A stretch of 64,000 bases of DNA from Tubulanus polymorphus (lineage: Eukaryota; Animalia; Nemertea): NCBI RefSeq assembly GCF_964204645.1, contig NC_134035.1, positions 2,728,001 to 2,792,000 on the forward strand. Direction: 5' to 3'. Of the stretch, positions 37,380-52,700 are shown piece by piece. A model generated the notes under the pieces. That model saw only the letters and a list, made by a program, of their open reading frames with translations. It searched no databases and had not been told where the DNA came from. The first letter of the stretch is position 1; the number at the start of each line of letters is the position of its first letter. A program made the position numbers and the translations under genes.

Positions 37380-37676
37380 TAGCGACCAATCAACGGTACA
37401 GCAGCCAACGACGGCGGGACAGACGATCGCGCGCTTCACGATCGAGTTCACGCTCGCGCCGCTAGGTGGCTACGCGCGTGTGCGAGCGAGTCCTTATTTA
37501 TAGAGTTTCGGAAGAAAGTGGTTCCCAGTGATACCGCAGAGAGAGAGAGAGAAAGAGCAGACTGCACGTGACACCCCCGGCAACGACGATAATAGAAAGA
37601 GGAACAATATAAGTACGAATCAAAAACGATAGAAAAATACAGCGGAGTTAAGGGCCGCGTCACTTTTAAGGTAGGC
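37380..37676 (+). promoter_or_regulatory. Candidate promoter and non-coding first exon
   Basis: CCAAT at ~37386, a CpG-rich block, TTATTTATAG (TATA/MEF2-like) at ~37494, CCAGTG about 30 nt later, a GA repeat, E-box CACGTG, then the donor AAG|GTAGGC at 37670/37671. Confidence 0.4.
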
Positions 37677-40600
37677 ACCTTTTCTGTTGGAATCAGAACT
37701 TCATCATTACATACGCGTTGATTCCAGATTTTTTTACGTTTAACAGCGATCTTTTAGATTCATTTTCGCTAGATGTTACAATATCAGGCGTGTTTCGTTG
37801 AAAATAACCGAACAAATTTAAGGTTAAACACAGTTGGTATCTATTTCGCTAAGAAAAAATCCAATCCGTGTCGCGCACGGAATCAAACGCCTCGATAGTT
37901 TATCAAATATTAATCAGAATTTTATCGAAGTTTGGGTTTTTTGCAGCGATGATTTCATCGCAACGATTACGAATTAAGTATACAGACTAGAAGAGAACAA
38001 ATAAAGATACAAAAAATCTTTATCAACGTGAAAAAAAACGTATTAATCTGAACAATTCAATGACATAGATTCTAAAGGTACTAACTACCCTTGTTGACTT
38101 ACTTAACAGATACAATGGTAATTGATCAGGTCTGAATTGAGGACTGGACTTTTTCAATAAATGATTTTGAATATATAGTCAATATATAAGTATATAATCA
38201 ACCATAAGGTTATGATTTTTCTATGATTCTCTTTTAAGTTTGACCACTATTTTTCTCTAAGTTTGGACGGTTTTTCTACGTTGTTTCGGGGTTGATTTCT
38301 AAAATGTAGTGTCAGATAATGGTTGTCGCAAGAAAATCTCGCGTTTTATATATTTTTCTGTAGAACGCTTATAGTTTCAGAGTTCTTGCTAATCTCATCA
38401 CTGCGACGATTCGATTTTGTATCGAATTTCTACGATGTTCTAACGGGTAAAAGGCGTTATCAGCGCCGGGTGAACGGGCGATCTTCCGCACTCGATGTCA
38501 ATGTTACCATCGACAAGACATCAGAAGCAGATTCGTTATATCACTCCGAATATCATCATAAACCAATCGTCCGACGTCCGAATGCGTTATTCTCAAAGAT
38601 ATATATCAGATGAGGACTTAGTAATCGGGCCGTCAATTTCAATTTCGACAAGATGTCAGCAACGGTTATTTTAGAATTTAGAGCATCACAATATACTACT
38701 ACAATATGAAATAACTCTTAAAGTAGTTAGAATTTGGGTTAACAATTTTCGGCTTTTGGAAACTGTGTACACAGCTAGGCGTTCTTTTCAGACCTCTTTG
38801 TATATATTTTACATCCGCGAATTATTGTTACAATCGAAATAAAAATTCCATTCAATTCGACTATATTTTGATACTTGCTAGCTCCGGAATATATAGCGTT
38901 TTCGTTATCTAAATCTAGAACTAGGCCCAAGTAAACAGACACGTCCTGCGAGCAATATTGCTCCTGAGCCGAGTTCTTCAAAAAAGAAAATGTTTGACCG
39001 AGTGGGATAATCGTCCCCGACAGCCAACCCGCACTGGCTAGAATTAGAAATAATCGAATTCTAGAACTACCTTAAGTTGAAATAAACAGACGCCCGCGGG
39101 CCATACGATGTAGGTTCGTTAGACAGAACGGGATTCGTCCCCACGGAAAACTTGCGCTGCGGTTCGATTGGAAATGAAGGTTAGACAAGGGATATATCCA
39201 TTATTAGTCATATCGTCAAAATAGCTCCAACATTTTGTTTCAAAAACAAAACCCACACTCTATCGACGACAACCCGCAAAGAGATGTCTTAAAGATAAAG
39301 TCGTAAGACACATGAACTGATTTCAATTGAAACGGCATGTTTTCCGATGATAGATCCCGGTAACGCCGCGCGTCAGCTTTTGTTACGTCTCGAAACGAAC
39401 CGAACAAAAATATCGCTGGCATTTTTATCCGATCGAGACACGTCATTAATTCGTATAAACGCGAAGACGGAGAATTTCCGCCGATTTTACTGATCCTTTT
39501 TCCCGCGCCTCGCGGTAGATTAGATCACAAAGAGGTTCCGTAATTGAAGAAAAATCCCGCAATTCTTAAGAAAAACTGATAGAGCAGTGACGATTCAAAA
39601 CCAATTTCCAACCCGTTTCGATGACGGCTCAAAGATTTGAGTCAAGATGTTCTCTCTTAGTTTGTCTTCACGCTTTGAGTTTTTCCTCGAAATTATGGGT
39701 TTTTTCTTAGTATAACAATAATAATGATAATAGATATTATCTTTTCTTATGCAGCGCAGTTATCGAAACCTGACCGATGCACTTTACACGCTAAAACTAC
39801 ATTACGAAAACTAGAAGTTGAAATCAATCACCAAGGCGTTTATGAAAAGAAATTCTTGTAAAAAGAAATTCTTCAATAAGACGCACAATCTTACCATGGA
39901 ACCAAGTTTTGTAATATTTGCGCTGCATTCTTAGATTAATCTTAGTTTACTTACAAAATAAATATTCGGAGGCTGTTTACGGATCAAAACACTATGACCT
40001 AAAGGCCGATACGTTCAGTATCGAGCCAATGAATTGTTTCCGAATAGGCATAATTCATCGGTAACCTATAAACGGTTGTTGTATATCGATGAACAGTATC
40101 GATGTATATACGACGCTCTTAATGTTCCAAGACAAATTTGATACTATCCGCGAACATATTATTCGTTCTCCGGTACGCCTACATATCCTCGGGATATCAC
40201 CGTATAACCTGCTATACGTAATCTAATTTATTAGTACCCTATGAATTAACAGTCACACCCTCAGTGTCCTTATAGTATCGCGCGCTTTCGTGGCTATACA
40301 CGTAAAAGATATTGTCTTCTTATTAAGCCCAGCGAACACGACGCACGGAATCACGGAAACAGGGTTTCCGAGCGTTTACCTGCGCCGTGTGTCTTTACGA
40401 GAATGAGCATGATTTTCGGAAACAATGTTTCCGAGATCAGACATATTCGTGGGCCTTGTTTCCGAGTTTCTCAACGCCAGACGCGTTGGGCTACACCCGC
40501 TAAGACATTTCAATCAATCAATCATTCTAGTTTTTATCATTCTCACGCGCTGTATACTGTTAAGACTTCTTTTAAAAATTCTTGGGAAATGATTTCGATT

Positions 40601-43404
40601 CAGATTCAATTTGATTCTGGTGATTCTAACCGCACAGCCGCTAATTCCCCCGGTTCAAGATCAATCAACTTGATTAACATGATCGAGCAGTCACCTCGAC
40701 CTCATTCGCGCGCGGTAATTATACATAACTTCGCGGATTCTAATTCCAGGCGCACGAATCCGGAATCCGGTGGATCAACACACCTATAATGCGGTTACGG
40801 GTGGTTACGCGTTGCATATTGTGGAAAGTAATGACGAAAATTGAGACCCAGAAAAACAACTGGTTATCAAAACGGTATTTTTCTTTTTCTGAATCGTCGT
40901 TTCTAATTGGATTGTCGCACAATTTCGAATAAAGAATACCACTCTGCTCTGAGAAAAGAATCAACCCTTTTTCTTCAATATTCGAATAACAAAAAATCAT
41001 TCTGACACTTTTGAAGAAATTGAAAATGGCTGGTGATTACCAATGAAATCTTTGCCGGCAAAGGCTTTTTATAAAAAATCTAAACTATAAACATGCTTTG
41101 CGACAGTGCGGTGCGTTCATTTTGTTGGCCGGTCGAATCAACGTGCAATGCGCACCTGGGACGCAGGGAAACGCTTGGAAACATGTTTCCGAGGTTTTCG
41201 TGCGTCGTGTGCGTAGGGCGTTTTACGATGCGGCGCGATGCGCAAGTGGCATTGTTTTCATCAGCCGATCCGTTCCGAGAACTCGACGCGTGGGGTGAAC
41301 CAACCACCAGAACAAAACAGCACCATTGATCCTTTCCGTAATAGAATATTAGATCGGGATCGACTGCGCCGCTTGTAGCCGAGTAGCGCCGATAAGACTG
41401 AAATAAAGGACAATCCGGAGAAGACGTCTTTATTCGCAATTATGTGCGAATGAAACAGATTAATGATAGATTGTACGCGGTAATAGATTACGTTTTATAA
41501 CAATAGGTCGAATTCTACACATTGCCGGCATTATCTTTCAGATTGATAATATCTATAGTTATTATTCATCGGTCTTAAATCAAATATTATCATCGTTATC
41601 TACGCAATCGGTATCCGTATCTGATGGCGTTCGCCACAAAGGCGCGTAAACATCGCTCATCAAACTTGGATCGATAGAAATTCGGAAAACAAAGGAATTC
41701 GTTTCGATTCGTCGTGGATTCGATGAAATGCCTCGTCGTCCATCAACGTGATGCTAATAGTTCTCTGAAACTCCCTCGCTGTTTGCTGATACTATATATC
41801 CACGGTCCGGCTCGTGACAAAGTGTATGCTAAAAATTCGCCCAGTTCTGACCCCGTGCGCCTTAACCACCTGCGGTAACATCTGAGACTAAGGTTTTGGT
41901 GAAGTTTAGAACGGACGGTGAAGTTTGAAAACTTTGTTGAAAAGTTTCAAATAGCAATTAAACCAAAAATTTCAGTTGAAAATGCTTTATACCCGGATCC
42001 GATTTCACGGAAACTTAAATTCGTATTTTCTATTTCATACTTTCAATGGGTAAAACAATTGAAACTTAATCGTAATATTGACCATGAATCTGGAGCCTGG
42101 CACCAGTTCGATACACAACAGTTCAATATAGTTCGGTGTCATGGTTTTGGTTTTACCGGAATTAAGATGAATTCATCTTCAATGTGTTAACTCGTAGGAC
42201 TAGGGTCAGTTGCTAAATTATGCCTTAGTTTTAAGATCTTATAGTTCTACAGCCAATCAAACAACTGAAGACATTCAGACCACTTTGAACATCTTAATTC
42301 ACGACTGTGCAATCGGGCCCTGATGGTGTTCGTCTGTCAGTCCGTCTGACAAAAACCCAGACATTTTTGTCATTTAAAAAGCGTCGCTTCTTTCAATCGG
42401 AGATTCAGCCAGGATCGATGACGGTGATCGGCAAGCGGTTTCGACTGGTGATTGATCGTGAGCTGATCGACTCAATTATCTCGAATTTTTCCGCGAGTAG
42501 ACAGCTTAGGCGGCTATAGAGAACGACTAACGCGCTACTAAGCCACCCCCGTCGTTAAGAACGGGGCGCGGGACTCGATTCGCTAGCCGTCTATCGAACA
42601 GGCTTGAACTCTATATACGCTAATTCATTTCGAATATCGTCGGAATAATCATGCGTATCGCGGGCATCCATACGAACAGATCTAATCAGCCGGTTACCAA
42701 TCCTCGGTAACTTTCAATATTGCGTCGGAATTGTGTAGTTTAATTACAACCGAATGAACCGCGGTCTGCGCGCGCACTCCGTCTCCTCTTCGGGTGCGTT
42801 CAAGATCTCAATTCATCCAGCCGGTGATAATAGCTTTGATCGGTTCGAGAGAAGAACGAAAACTAACCAGGCGAGGTTTCGAGTACTTTCTGATTTAAAG
42901 TTGAAGAGCAGGGTGTGGCCAAAATCGAATGGTTCCGTTTCTTTCTTGAGAGATTCTCCGATGCTTTGGCGTAAGCGAATGAACGAACCCGCGATTGAAA
43001 CACTAATTCTGCATTTTATAGCATTTGCTATAATGTTTATTTTAGATTCGAATTTGTTTCTGCGATTCGACGAAGCGACTTTCAGCTGTTTTCGCTCGTT
43101 TCATTTCCGGCGTAAAAACACCGGCACGTGACAGTTCGCGGGCGCAGGCGGCCGTCGACGGAAAACAAAAATACATCGAACGTCAACACGCGTCGACAAT
43201 CGTCGAATTGAGTGACAACGAACAAACGAAGAGACGATTGAAAAAATAATACAGAAATTGCTCCACACAAATTCAGATTTCAATGCTAATGGTGGCCCAG
43301 AGAATACGGTGTATTAGTGGAAGGGTGTAGGAACTTATTCCATACGTTAGTGGCGATTCGGTTCTTCTTTACCGACTGTAGACAAAATGACATGGTATTC
43401 TGGT

Positions 43405-43701
43405 CGACTGGATGACTGGCCGGACGACTGGGCGACTGAAACTGGGTGACTGGGCGACTGGGTGACTGAAACTGGGTGATTGGGCGAATGGGTGACTGGA
43501 TGACTGGGCGTCTGGATGACTGGGTGACTGGGTGACTGGATGACTGGGCGTCTGGATGACTGGGTGACTGGATGACTGGTCGACTGGGCGACTGGGCGAC
43601 TGGACGACTGGGCGACTGGGCAACTGGATGACTGGATGACTGGGCGACTGGATGACTGGGCGTCTGGATGACTGGCCGACTGGGTGACTGGATGACTGGA
43701 C
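43405..43701. repeat. 8-bp tandem repeat gactgg(at/gc/gt)
   Basis: About 35 degenerate copies; source of the repetitive PVIQSPS ORFs in all three minus frames. Confidence 0.92.
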
Positions 43702-46700
43702 GAATGGGCAAAGGATGCAGTACGAATATCCAAAGTCTTCATTAGAGTTGAAGGCTCGGAGAATGGGTTCAGAAATTGCTTCAAAAATCAGCATTTCCCA
43801 GCTCACTGCGCGACAGTGTTACCCGTTGTCCTTGACGTCGCGATGCATATTAGAGAATCATTTTCCACTCCGGGGACGTAAAATGAATAATGGATAACAA
43901 AAAAAAGAATACATGATTTTCGCTGAAAGGTTATCTCATCCACGTCTCCACTTCAATCGTAATAATACTGATTGTGGTGCTTGTAAACATTTTTGTGGCG
44001 GCCAACGCGAAATCTTTGAAGAGAAGCGAAAGACAGAGTAGTGAACTTTTTTTCGTATGTTGACCGGCACCGTATGTTGGATTCCGCAGACTACTACCTA
44101 CATAAAAACGATTTTCGTTTTGAAGCAAAAATTACTGATACCTCATCGTTCTAATCTTTAAAAGTTTTTTAATGAAATGGGAGCCTGAATTCAGTTCCAT
44201 TGTTCGGTGTTAAGAGAGTAACAATTGAAGACCGATATTAGAGGCGTTTAGACCACTCTGGACTTCTTCGTAATACGTAATTAAGAATATTTTTTTCTAT
44301 TATAGACTGCCAGTCAGTCTGGTCATCTTAAGCCCTGTACCAGGTATGTAACACCAAAACTGACTGAGCCAGGCCACCGAAGTCCAGTCAAGCCAAATTG
44401 AAATGGATATATAGCAGTTTGGCTCACTGAATTGAGTCTTCGTATTGTGTGTTTTTTTATTACGCCGTATAGTTTTTACACCGCGATTCAGGGGAGGGGA
44501 TTGAAACGTACCGAAACCGAATAGCGAAAGCGTGTAAAAATCATAACTACTCTCATTAATGAAAATGAATATCGGGATGAAAGATATCGGCATCGTTTAA
44601 AAAAACCACTGCGCATAGATAGTATTATATTGCGAAATATCAGATCGTTACGTCGCGTTGATTGATCGTTAGGGGTATCCTAGTGTGAAATATCAGCCAT
44701 TAATCATCGTCCAAGTATCAAACTGGACACTGGTCATTCACGGACACCGATCAAATGGTCAACTGTTCTGGTAAGATGATAAAGTGCGCGTATAGATTTG
44801 AAGTTCGTAGAATCTTCGATAGATTTTCCGTCCGTAAGTTCGTAAGTTTAAGACTAATCGATTTAGTATAACGATCGCCAAGCATATTCAAATCTCGCTG
44901 TAACAGATACTATACGTAAACGCATAAGATGAATGTCATTTCGATTTCGTGATATAATTGTGATTGAATCATTACTTATATCAATTCCTTTGATTGTCTT
45001 CTGTGCTATGTGCGCACCGTCGCATTGAATCAGAGGGCTATCCACAAACTCTGATCAATAAAGAGTTTACGGCCGGTCTAGCAGTTGCCACAACGGACGA
45101 TACTTATCGCATATTATAGTCGACCGTTTGCTAACAAAATGAAACCAATTTTCAGTTAGCACGAAACCATAGTTAAAAAATAGTGAAACACGTGATTGAC
45201 CATGAGATCGGGTAGAGGTCTTGCAGTGTTTTTTCACTGTGACCGACGCCGTATTGGTAGGAAAACACAACTTATTGATATACGTCACAGACCCTCGAAG
45301 TTTGTCAATCGCCTGATCATCATCTCTTGTTATGACGTATGGAAAGTCCCCAAACTATGACGTCACGCGCTGCAATACATCTATAGAAGCTTTGTCGACG
45401 TGACCGCCGCCTTATTGGCTGGCAAACACAATTAGTGATTTACATGACAGTCGCTCAAAGTTTGCGAATCCCCTGATTCAATCTCTTGTTGTCACATATG
45501 TATGGCGGGTCTCAAACACTGGCGGGCAAACAAACAATGACGTCACACGCAAAACCTCTTTCGGGGCCCTCAACGCATTGAAACTAGGTCCGAACGATGC
45601 ATGCTCAGTTGGGTAGTTCGCTATTTTCGGACAATAGTTCCGGCTAACTTCGTTCGCAAAAAGTCGACTAAAAGTCCGATAACCGAAGTTCGTCGGCCGT
45701 TATTTAGTGGCGTTTACTAAAACAAAAATGGCGGAAAGGACTGCGTATTGTTCGTCGAATAACCGGTTCATTTGGTACCAGCGATGCACTGACTGACGCT
45801 AAGTCTCGCCACCCGCCACTATATAGTCCGATCAATCCGTCAATAATTACTGCACTAATAAACACCCACCGGCTTCTGATTAAGATTATTGCCGTTTTGG
45901 GGCATATCGATAGTTAGTTCTATATAAGCGTGCCGGTTCGAGTAAGAACACCGAAAATGTTCGCTTTAGACTTCGTGTTGAATACACACACGATATTGGG
46001 ACCGAGTAAAACGGTTTAACTGAAATTGATGCGACGGTAACTAAAACAACAAAATCCACCTATATTTGCTTCGTCGTATCTGAATGAAAATTCATGAAAG
46101 CGAACTGTTCACAAATCAAGAGAGATGTATATAACACATTTATAAAATCGTATGCTTCGACATTGTTTTCGATAATTCAGAAAGGTTTTTTAGACTCGCG
46201 TCGAAATATTTCTAACTCGTTGACTGGTATAGTAGTATAGATGGATAGAACTCAAGGAAGAGTTCACAAGCGAGAAGAGGGAGAGAGAGAGGAGAGAGGC
46301 GGAGGGCTCCGTCGCGAGTCAATTTACAGACATGGCTCGCAAAGACGCTCAAGTGCTGTGTACAAGTGTCCGATTGACGACTTAATTACGACGACGCAGT
46401 TATACATCCGGAAAGCTACTTACCCTCTCTTTCTCTCTCGACTACTCGTCGACTTCACTCGGTAAACACGCTGGCTAAGAACAAACCATCTGTTCCGTCG
46501 TGTCGTAGCGACTAGTCTGATGTATGTCGCTGAATTAGAGTGATCGCCATCAGCACTCGTCAAATATTTCGTTTTAGATGGCTTATTCGTTTTAAGCCAT
46601 GATCACCGAGACGATTCTGGCCGGGTCAAACTGATCGGGACTGAACCCTGTGCTTAATAAGAGAGCGCGTTCACGCGTAAATCAGTCTCTTGTTACTACT

Positions 46701-49700
46701 AGAATGCTATCAAAATGATAAGACACTTGCAGATCCGGCTAGCATCCACAGACAATGATTTGACCCGTGCTAAGCTTTGGCATAGACCTGGTCCAACGTT
46801 TTTGGTGGGGTCGAATTTGGCCCGTGTCGAACAGGCACGGTACCATTTGGCACCGGCGTGAGCGGTTAGTTCGGTCCTAATCCAAATTTGGCCCCGGTCA
46901 AAAACGCTCGCGCGACCGCGGCTTCAGATTCCAGGGTTTACCGTGTATGATAATCTCGGAGCATTGAACAATCACTCCAAGAATAAACGCCGGTTTTTGC
47001 TGGCGTTCCATCGTTAACTGTTCGTGAGACAATTAAATCGTCGATTGCTGCCGGCAAAAGCGCGGGTTAGTCGCAGACGAGCGGTTGGTAATAAACTTAT
47101 ACGAATCGTTAAAACGAGCGTAAAAATTTTGATTTTTCGTTTTAATTGTGCCTCGGTCGAGGCTCACGATAAACGACGTAGGTTTCACCGTGTAAGTTAT
47201 AATTACATACACGCGCGTTCGGAATAGGAGTTGACCGCGGCTTACCCGTCGCTTCATCAATTAAACGATTAGCTAATTACTCGGAAACTAATTAACCGCC
47301 TCGTGCCCTACGCGCGATCATCGAATGATATAGACTTTGAAAGTGAAATAGAAAAGTAAGGAAGACAATAGTCGGATAAAACTTGTGAACTTTGATGATG
47401 ATGATGAATTTAACCGCAATTAAGTGCGAAGATCCGATTTTGGGCACCCCCACACACTTCGTCAAACAGGACACAATATTTTCGACAAATACCCGAGCGG
47501 GCATTTTCTGTCGAATTGCAAAAATTCTAGCGAAGGGCATTTTTCCTTAAATAAAAAAAAAACGGGGCATCACTGCTCGAATGCACTTCTCATTATTTGC
47601 CTTTGGAAGATTCGGAAAGACCCTGGCAGTATCTTGCCCATGGTTAAAAAAAGATCTAATCCTATTAAATGAAAATTGTGAAAGGGGAGGTGATATTGTT
47701 TGAAAATGTTTCATTTTTTAAACTTTGGGTTAAGGTCTTTTATACTACATAAAAACCCGAAGCCAAAATTGTAAAAAGAAACGTTTTCAGCGTTCTATGT
47801 TTTTTTTTTCATACACAATATGGTAACCCAAAATATATTATTTCGATGCGGCATTATCGGGAGGAGTGCGAAACATTTTCACATTTTCTTCGTCGAAGAA
47901 TCTATCTCTAAAACGCCGCCACCGCCGTCGTTAATAGTCGGTGAATGATAGCGAATTAAACGCTTTTGCGCTAGCGCCGAGGATGCTGACACGCCACCGG
48001 CAAACCGGATGGTATTAATTTAAAATGTGTCTTACTAACGATTCAATAACCGCGACGTATCATCATCCGCCGCAGTCGCTTTCAACCATAATCTTAGCTA
48101 TAAAATAATGATGACGCGCCACACGAGAGCAGACGGCTTTCTATCACGTACAACGAGCAACGTTTAATTGTCTGATAAATACCTCGCTCGTGCTGTCTAT
48201 GAATTCTTTAACGTTTCTCCGAAGTCTATTTGATTTGAAGTCGCCAGATTCGGAAGAACGCGCCTGTGACCCGGTCAATGTGCGGCAAGGTAATACGACC
48301 CCGCTCATCGACGAAGGTCCGCCCAGATGCTAGGATTTTCGAAAATATTGTTTTCCCAAACCGTGTTTCTCGTAAACGTACACAAGACTTGTGGTGCGCG
48401 ACGTTCTATAAACGGTTAAGACATAATATCAAGAACTTCTCTGTGCGCTAAGGTATAATTCGCACTCACCATGGTAACAATTTCCTCCAAAACCTACTTA
48501 GTTTAACGATGACTTCAATGACTTTTGCGAATTTCAAATTCGATGATAATATCTCTCCGAGAAGTTCAGCTAAGTGAAATATATTTAGGCTGGAGCTGAT
48601 TAGGCGCGCGGTTCCGCTATATTCGCGCTTTTCTATTGGGAAGAAACCGACAATCGCAAATGAACATGCGCCATCGTAGCTAGAGGCTAGGCGTATTCCA
48701 CGAGGGAGTCGTTAAATTCAGCGTTTCAGTTTGTCGTTCCGTGTCGAGATGCAGTTAACCAGGCCGCAGATTGCATTCCAATTTGGCCTCGCTTTATAGT
48801 TATTACATTATAATTGACTGGAATGTATTCGTCTACAGATTGGGGTGGTTTCAATTTGAACTGTCCTATCTCGTCTTCGAAATCGGGTATAGAGCTAAAA
48901 TAGCCTCGGGACATGAACTTCAAGTAGTAATGAAGAATATGACTGCGTTCAGTGTTGTCCGCGGCGATTGGTCTGCGAGTGTTAACCGTGAAATTGAAAT
49001 CAATCATCTGAATACTTTATGTTATATTCTTCATCAGATTTCATCTCAAAATATCACGACGCGCTCCTTGGCAGAATCCACAGTCTCCCGGTACGATAAT
49101 GAGGGCACATGTATGGTTCACAACCTGGGGCCGGTTGCACAGATATGGCTCAGATTCAAGAGCGGTCTGAGAGCATCTATAAGTCAATCTAACAACTTAA
49201 GACCAGTCTAAAGATTTAAGACCACGTTTTGAACTGCTGGTAAACGTTAAAGTTTCTAGAAGATTCTGGACTTAAATTTCCGGAAAAAATTCCGCAATTC
49301 TATATGAAGTGTCAATATTGTGGACATGTCTGAATCTCTAAGCGATCAAACTGAAAGTTGACTCCCAAAAACGTGTGCAGGCATTTCAGCCCCTAGGGTC
49401 CGTTGATAGGCATATTATTGAGTGAGGTGTGATATTGTGAAGATACTTTTCGATGCAGACTTGTCGCCTATATTAACGACACGACTCATGCGGAAACTCG
49501 GAATCAGTCACGGATTACGATCACAAGTCACGGAATTCCATCTTCTATATGCTTTAGCCGTCGACAGCGATGGGTGATATTTATAACCAACGCGGTTTTT
49601 TTCTCGGGCCACAGACGACACGGTGTTCGCCGCACAGCCCGCGCACCGACCGTCCAATTAGCAACAAACACGCATTAGTTACACACCCCTGCCTCAAATA

Positions 49701-52700
49701 TATCTACATCGACACCTATCAAATATTCAAACCACGAAATAAACCGTAACCACCGCGGAGAGCCGACCCCAAACACGGCCGATATACTCCGAACAGGTTA
49801 TACTCTCCAGTTGCGTGACAGCGGATAAATAAGTGAAAGTTGATTCCGGTCACGGCCTCGAAAGCATCGATATACATGTAAAAATTGAAACTCTAATCAG
49901 CTTGGTGAAAGCTTCAACAATAGTTGAAAACTAACTTGAAGGTTCATTGACGCCTTGACGCATTCATATTGCTTAATATTGTCGACAAATTATATCGTAT
50001 TAAGGATCAATAAAGTAATTTTGGATTTCAATATACCGAAAAGTTGAATTGAATTGACCGGCAACCAGTCTAGCTCCGATATATTGATGACGTAGTGCAC
50101 ATCATCTCAAAAATAGTTATCAAAATTTTAAGATGGAAAAAGAGGTATAAGCTATATAAGAGACGATGCAAATAACAGTTGGGCCTAAATGGAGATGAGC
50201 TTATGTGAAGATTAATATCCGATGACATAAACGAGTTTGTATAGAAAATTCCATCTGAACCTTTCACGAATTTAATCTAAAACATTATGATAACTATCGC
50301 TATATTATTGTTTTCTCGGCTCAGAATGAGCACAATTCTACGAACTACGATTCACGAGCTATAGCATCATTCGAATTCGTCGAACGGTGTATCCATTTCT
50401 TTCTCAAGGACTTTTAATGATTAAACTATTTCGCCTTATCGATTCGATGAGAATTTTGCTGACAGCCTTTTTAAGCCACTCAGCCGCATCTATCCCTCGT
50501 CGCGCTTTGTATAGAATATATATGATCGCGTACAGCTACTTCTCGTTTAAGTAAATGGTATGATATAGAAATCAGTGCCGGGGGTATCTGAAAAAATATT
50601 CGATTTCATCAATCCATTTTTAGATCAAGTCAAAGGGTCGTAGGCAGCGTAATCGACGAATTTTAGATTTTCCCTGGTTAGTACAGGCTACGTCAATATT
50701 GAAGTTTTCGCGCACAACCGATGCATTATCAATGTCTGATACCGTAGCCTGAAGACAATCAGTCGTAATGGGTATACATGAAGCGATATTTTCATCATTC
50801 GAGCCGGCAATATAGTACCTACCGAATCTATCACGATCTACTGATGTGCACCGATAGATCCGAACATAATTCAATAATCGCGCGAATAATCTACGTGGTC
50901 TTAAAAACGAGGAAATGTTGGCTCGAGTGGAACATATAAGCTAGAAACAAAAAGAGGAAGGCTCCGACCCTACTGCGGTAATCGAGAAGATTGCGCATGT
51001 GTTTAGACTGGTTGCCGGTCTTCATATGACTGGTTTTCGGCCCTATCCTGATAGACTGGTTGCCGGTTTCTACCTTCCGTTAGACTGCGGCTGCAGGTTG
51101 GCGCAGAATTAGACGGGCAACCGGTCTTAGTTGGGTAGGCAATGAACCGCCAGATGTCACTAGTGGATAATCCATTTTGGCACTTCGATTTTTCCTACAT
51201 TCTGATGAATTTTCTCGGATGGAGAAATTTATAATCAATAAAAACTACACCAAACATAGAGAAGAAAAATCCATTTTGTATCTATATGATGTTTCATGTG
51301 ACGATATTTTGATTCGATGGCCTAAATTACAAGTCAAAGTCGATAAAAAAACTGACGTTATTTGGCTATAGATAAATATAGAAAATCTAGATAGAAAATC
51401 ATTGAAACTTGACTGAATTTTGTCACTTGAGTTGTCCGATAGGTATCTGCACAATCTAGCGGGATAGCTGGTGGCACGGGATATTCGTCATAAAAGTTCT
51501 CGAGTCGGGGATATAGCGGCGCGGTACAAGAAATAAACAAACATTTCCAACTCATAACACGAGTTTGTGACGCAGTTGCGGTAGATCTGTGACGACAACA
51601 ACGCGCCGAATTAATTCGCCGTAAACCTTTCATCTCTCGTCAACTGGTTATTTTCGGTAACAAAATAGCCTGATATTGCAGATCAAACGAACAGTAACCG
51701 AAACGACGTTATGTAACGAGCCACCACCTATGGCAAGTGTTGATTTTGTATCTTATATTTGCCCCGAAGCTCGGCGACGAGTCTGTGAGATTATCTTACA
51801 AATTATCGTCGCTTCGCCCCAAATACAAACGATGCGAATTGACAAATATGATACTGATTTCTGGAATTCTAGAACGTGGCGTCGAAATGATCGACATATT
51901 TTTAAGACAGGAACGCTTTATTTAGACTTTTGTTATACATAATATTAACAGAAATCGCTCCGAGGCCTCAATGTCAAATGATCGAAAAAATGTCCAACTG
52001 TTTCCAAGGGAGGACCACGCCAGACCGCCGTTCAGTTCCAACTTTAACAACTTCAAGTGAAGTCGGTTTTCTCCAAGTTCCAATCAAGTTAAAAACGGAG
52101 CCACCCGCTTATCGCTCACGCTAAGGGCACGCACCTCCCCAGTCTTTCTTTACGTGTTGATATATTTTGTTCCAGTAGGCTGCTTCTCGCGCAAATGATC
52201 TCGTTTATCAATCACCTGTTTTCTAGCACGATTTGTTTGTATACGTTTGTGAATAATTGATCAACTCATTAAATGATGTTCAGATGTTGTAATGATGGCT
52301 ATTTACGCCACGAGGTATCGCAATAGATACGTGTTTATTCTCGGAGCGGCTGCTCGAGCGAATTTCGTCGATATTTCTCCGCTCGCTAATCAGACCGTCT
52401 TCTTTTGCATCCTCTACTGGCTCATAGAATTAAGAATTTGATCTTCAACGTAATTATAGACCGAGTATAGCATAAGAAAAAAGCCATATTCAAAATGTTT
52501 CGAGTTTTAAGTATATTTCTTGGTATCGAAAAGGGAATCAGGTAAAGTCTTCAAAGAAAACTTCTAACTGGATTCTGGACGAATATAAAATGAAACGATT
52601 TCAGTGTAACCTGCCTCCGGGACAGTCCAACGCGCCAGTCCGCTGTCGTACATCGCGGTCAACGACGGTTATAATTTTCCAATAAAGCCGTCATCATTCA

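Noticed and set aside
43286-43806. Three overlapping ~145-aa minus-strand ORFs
   Set aside because: Products of the 8-bp tandem repeat.
49808-49826. Partial resemblance to miR-210 (tgcgtgacagcgg)
   Set aside because: The seed does not match and no precursor hairpin is evident.
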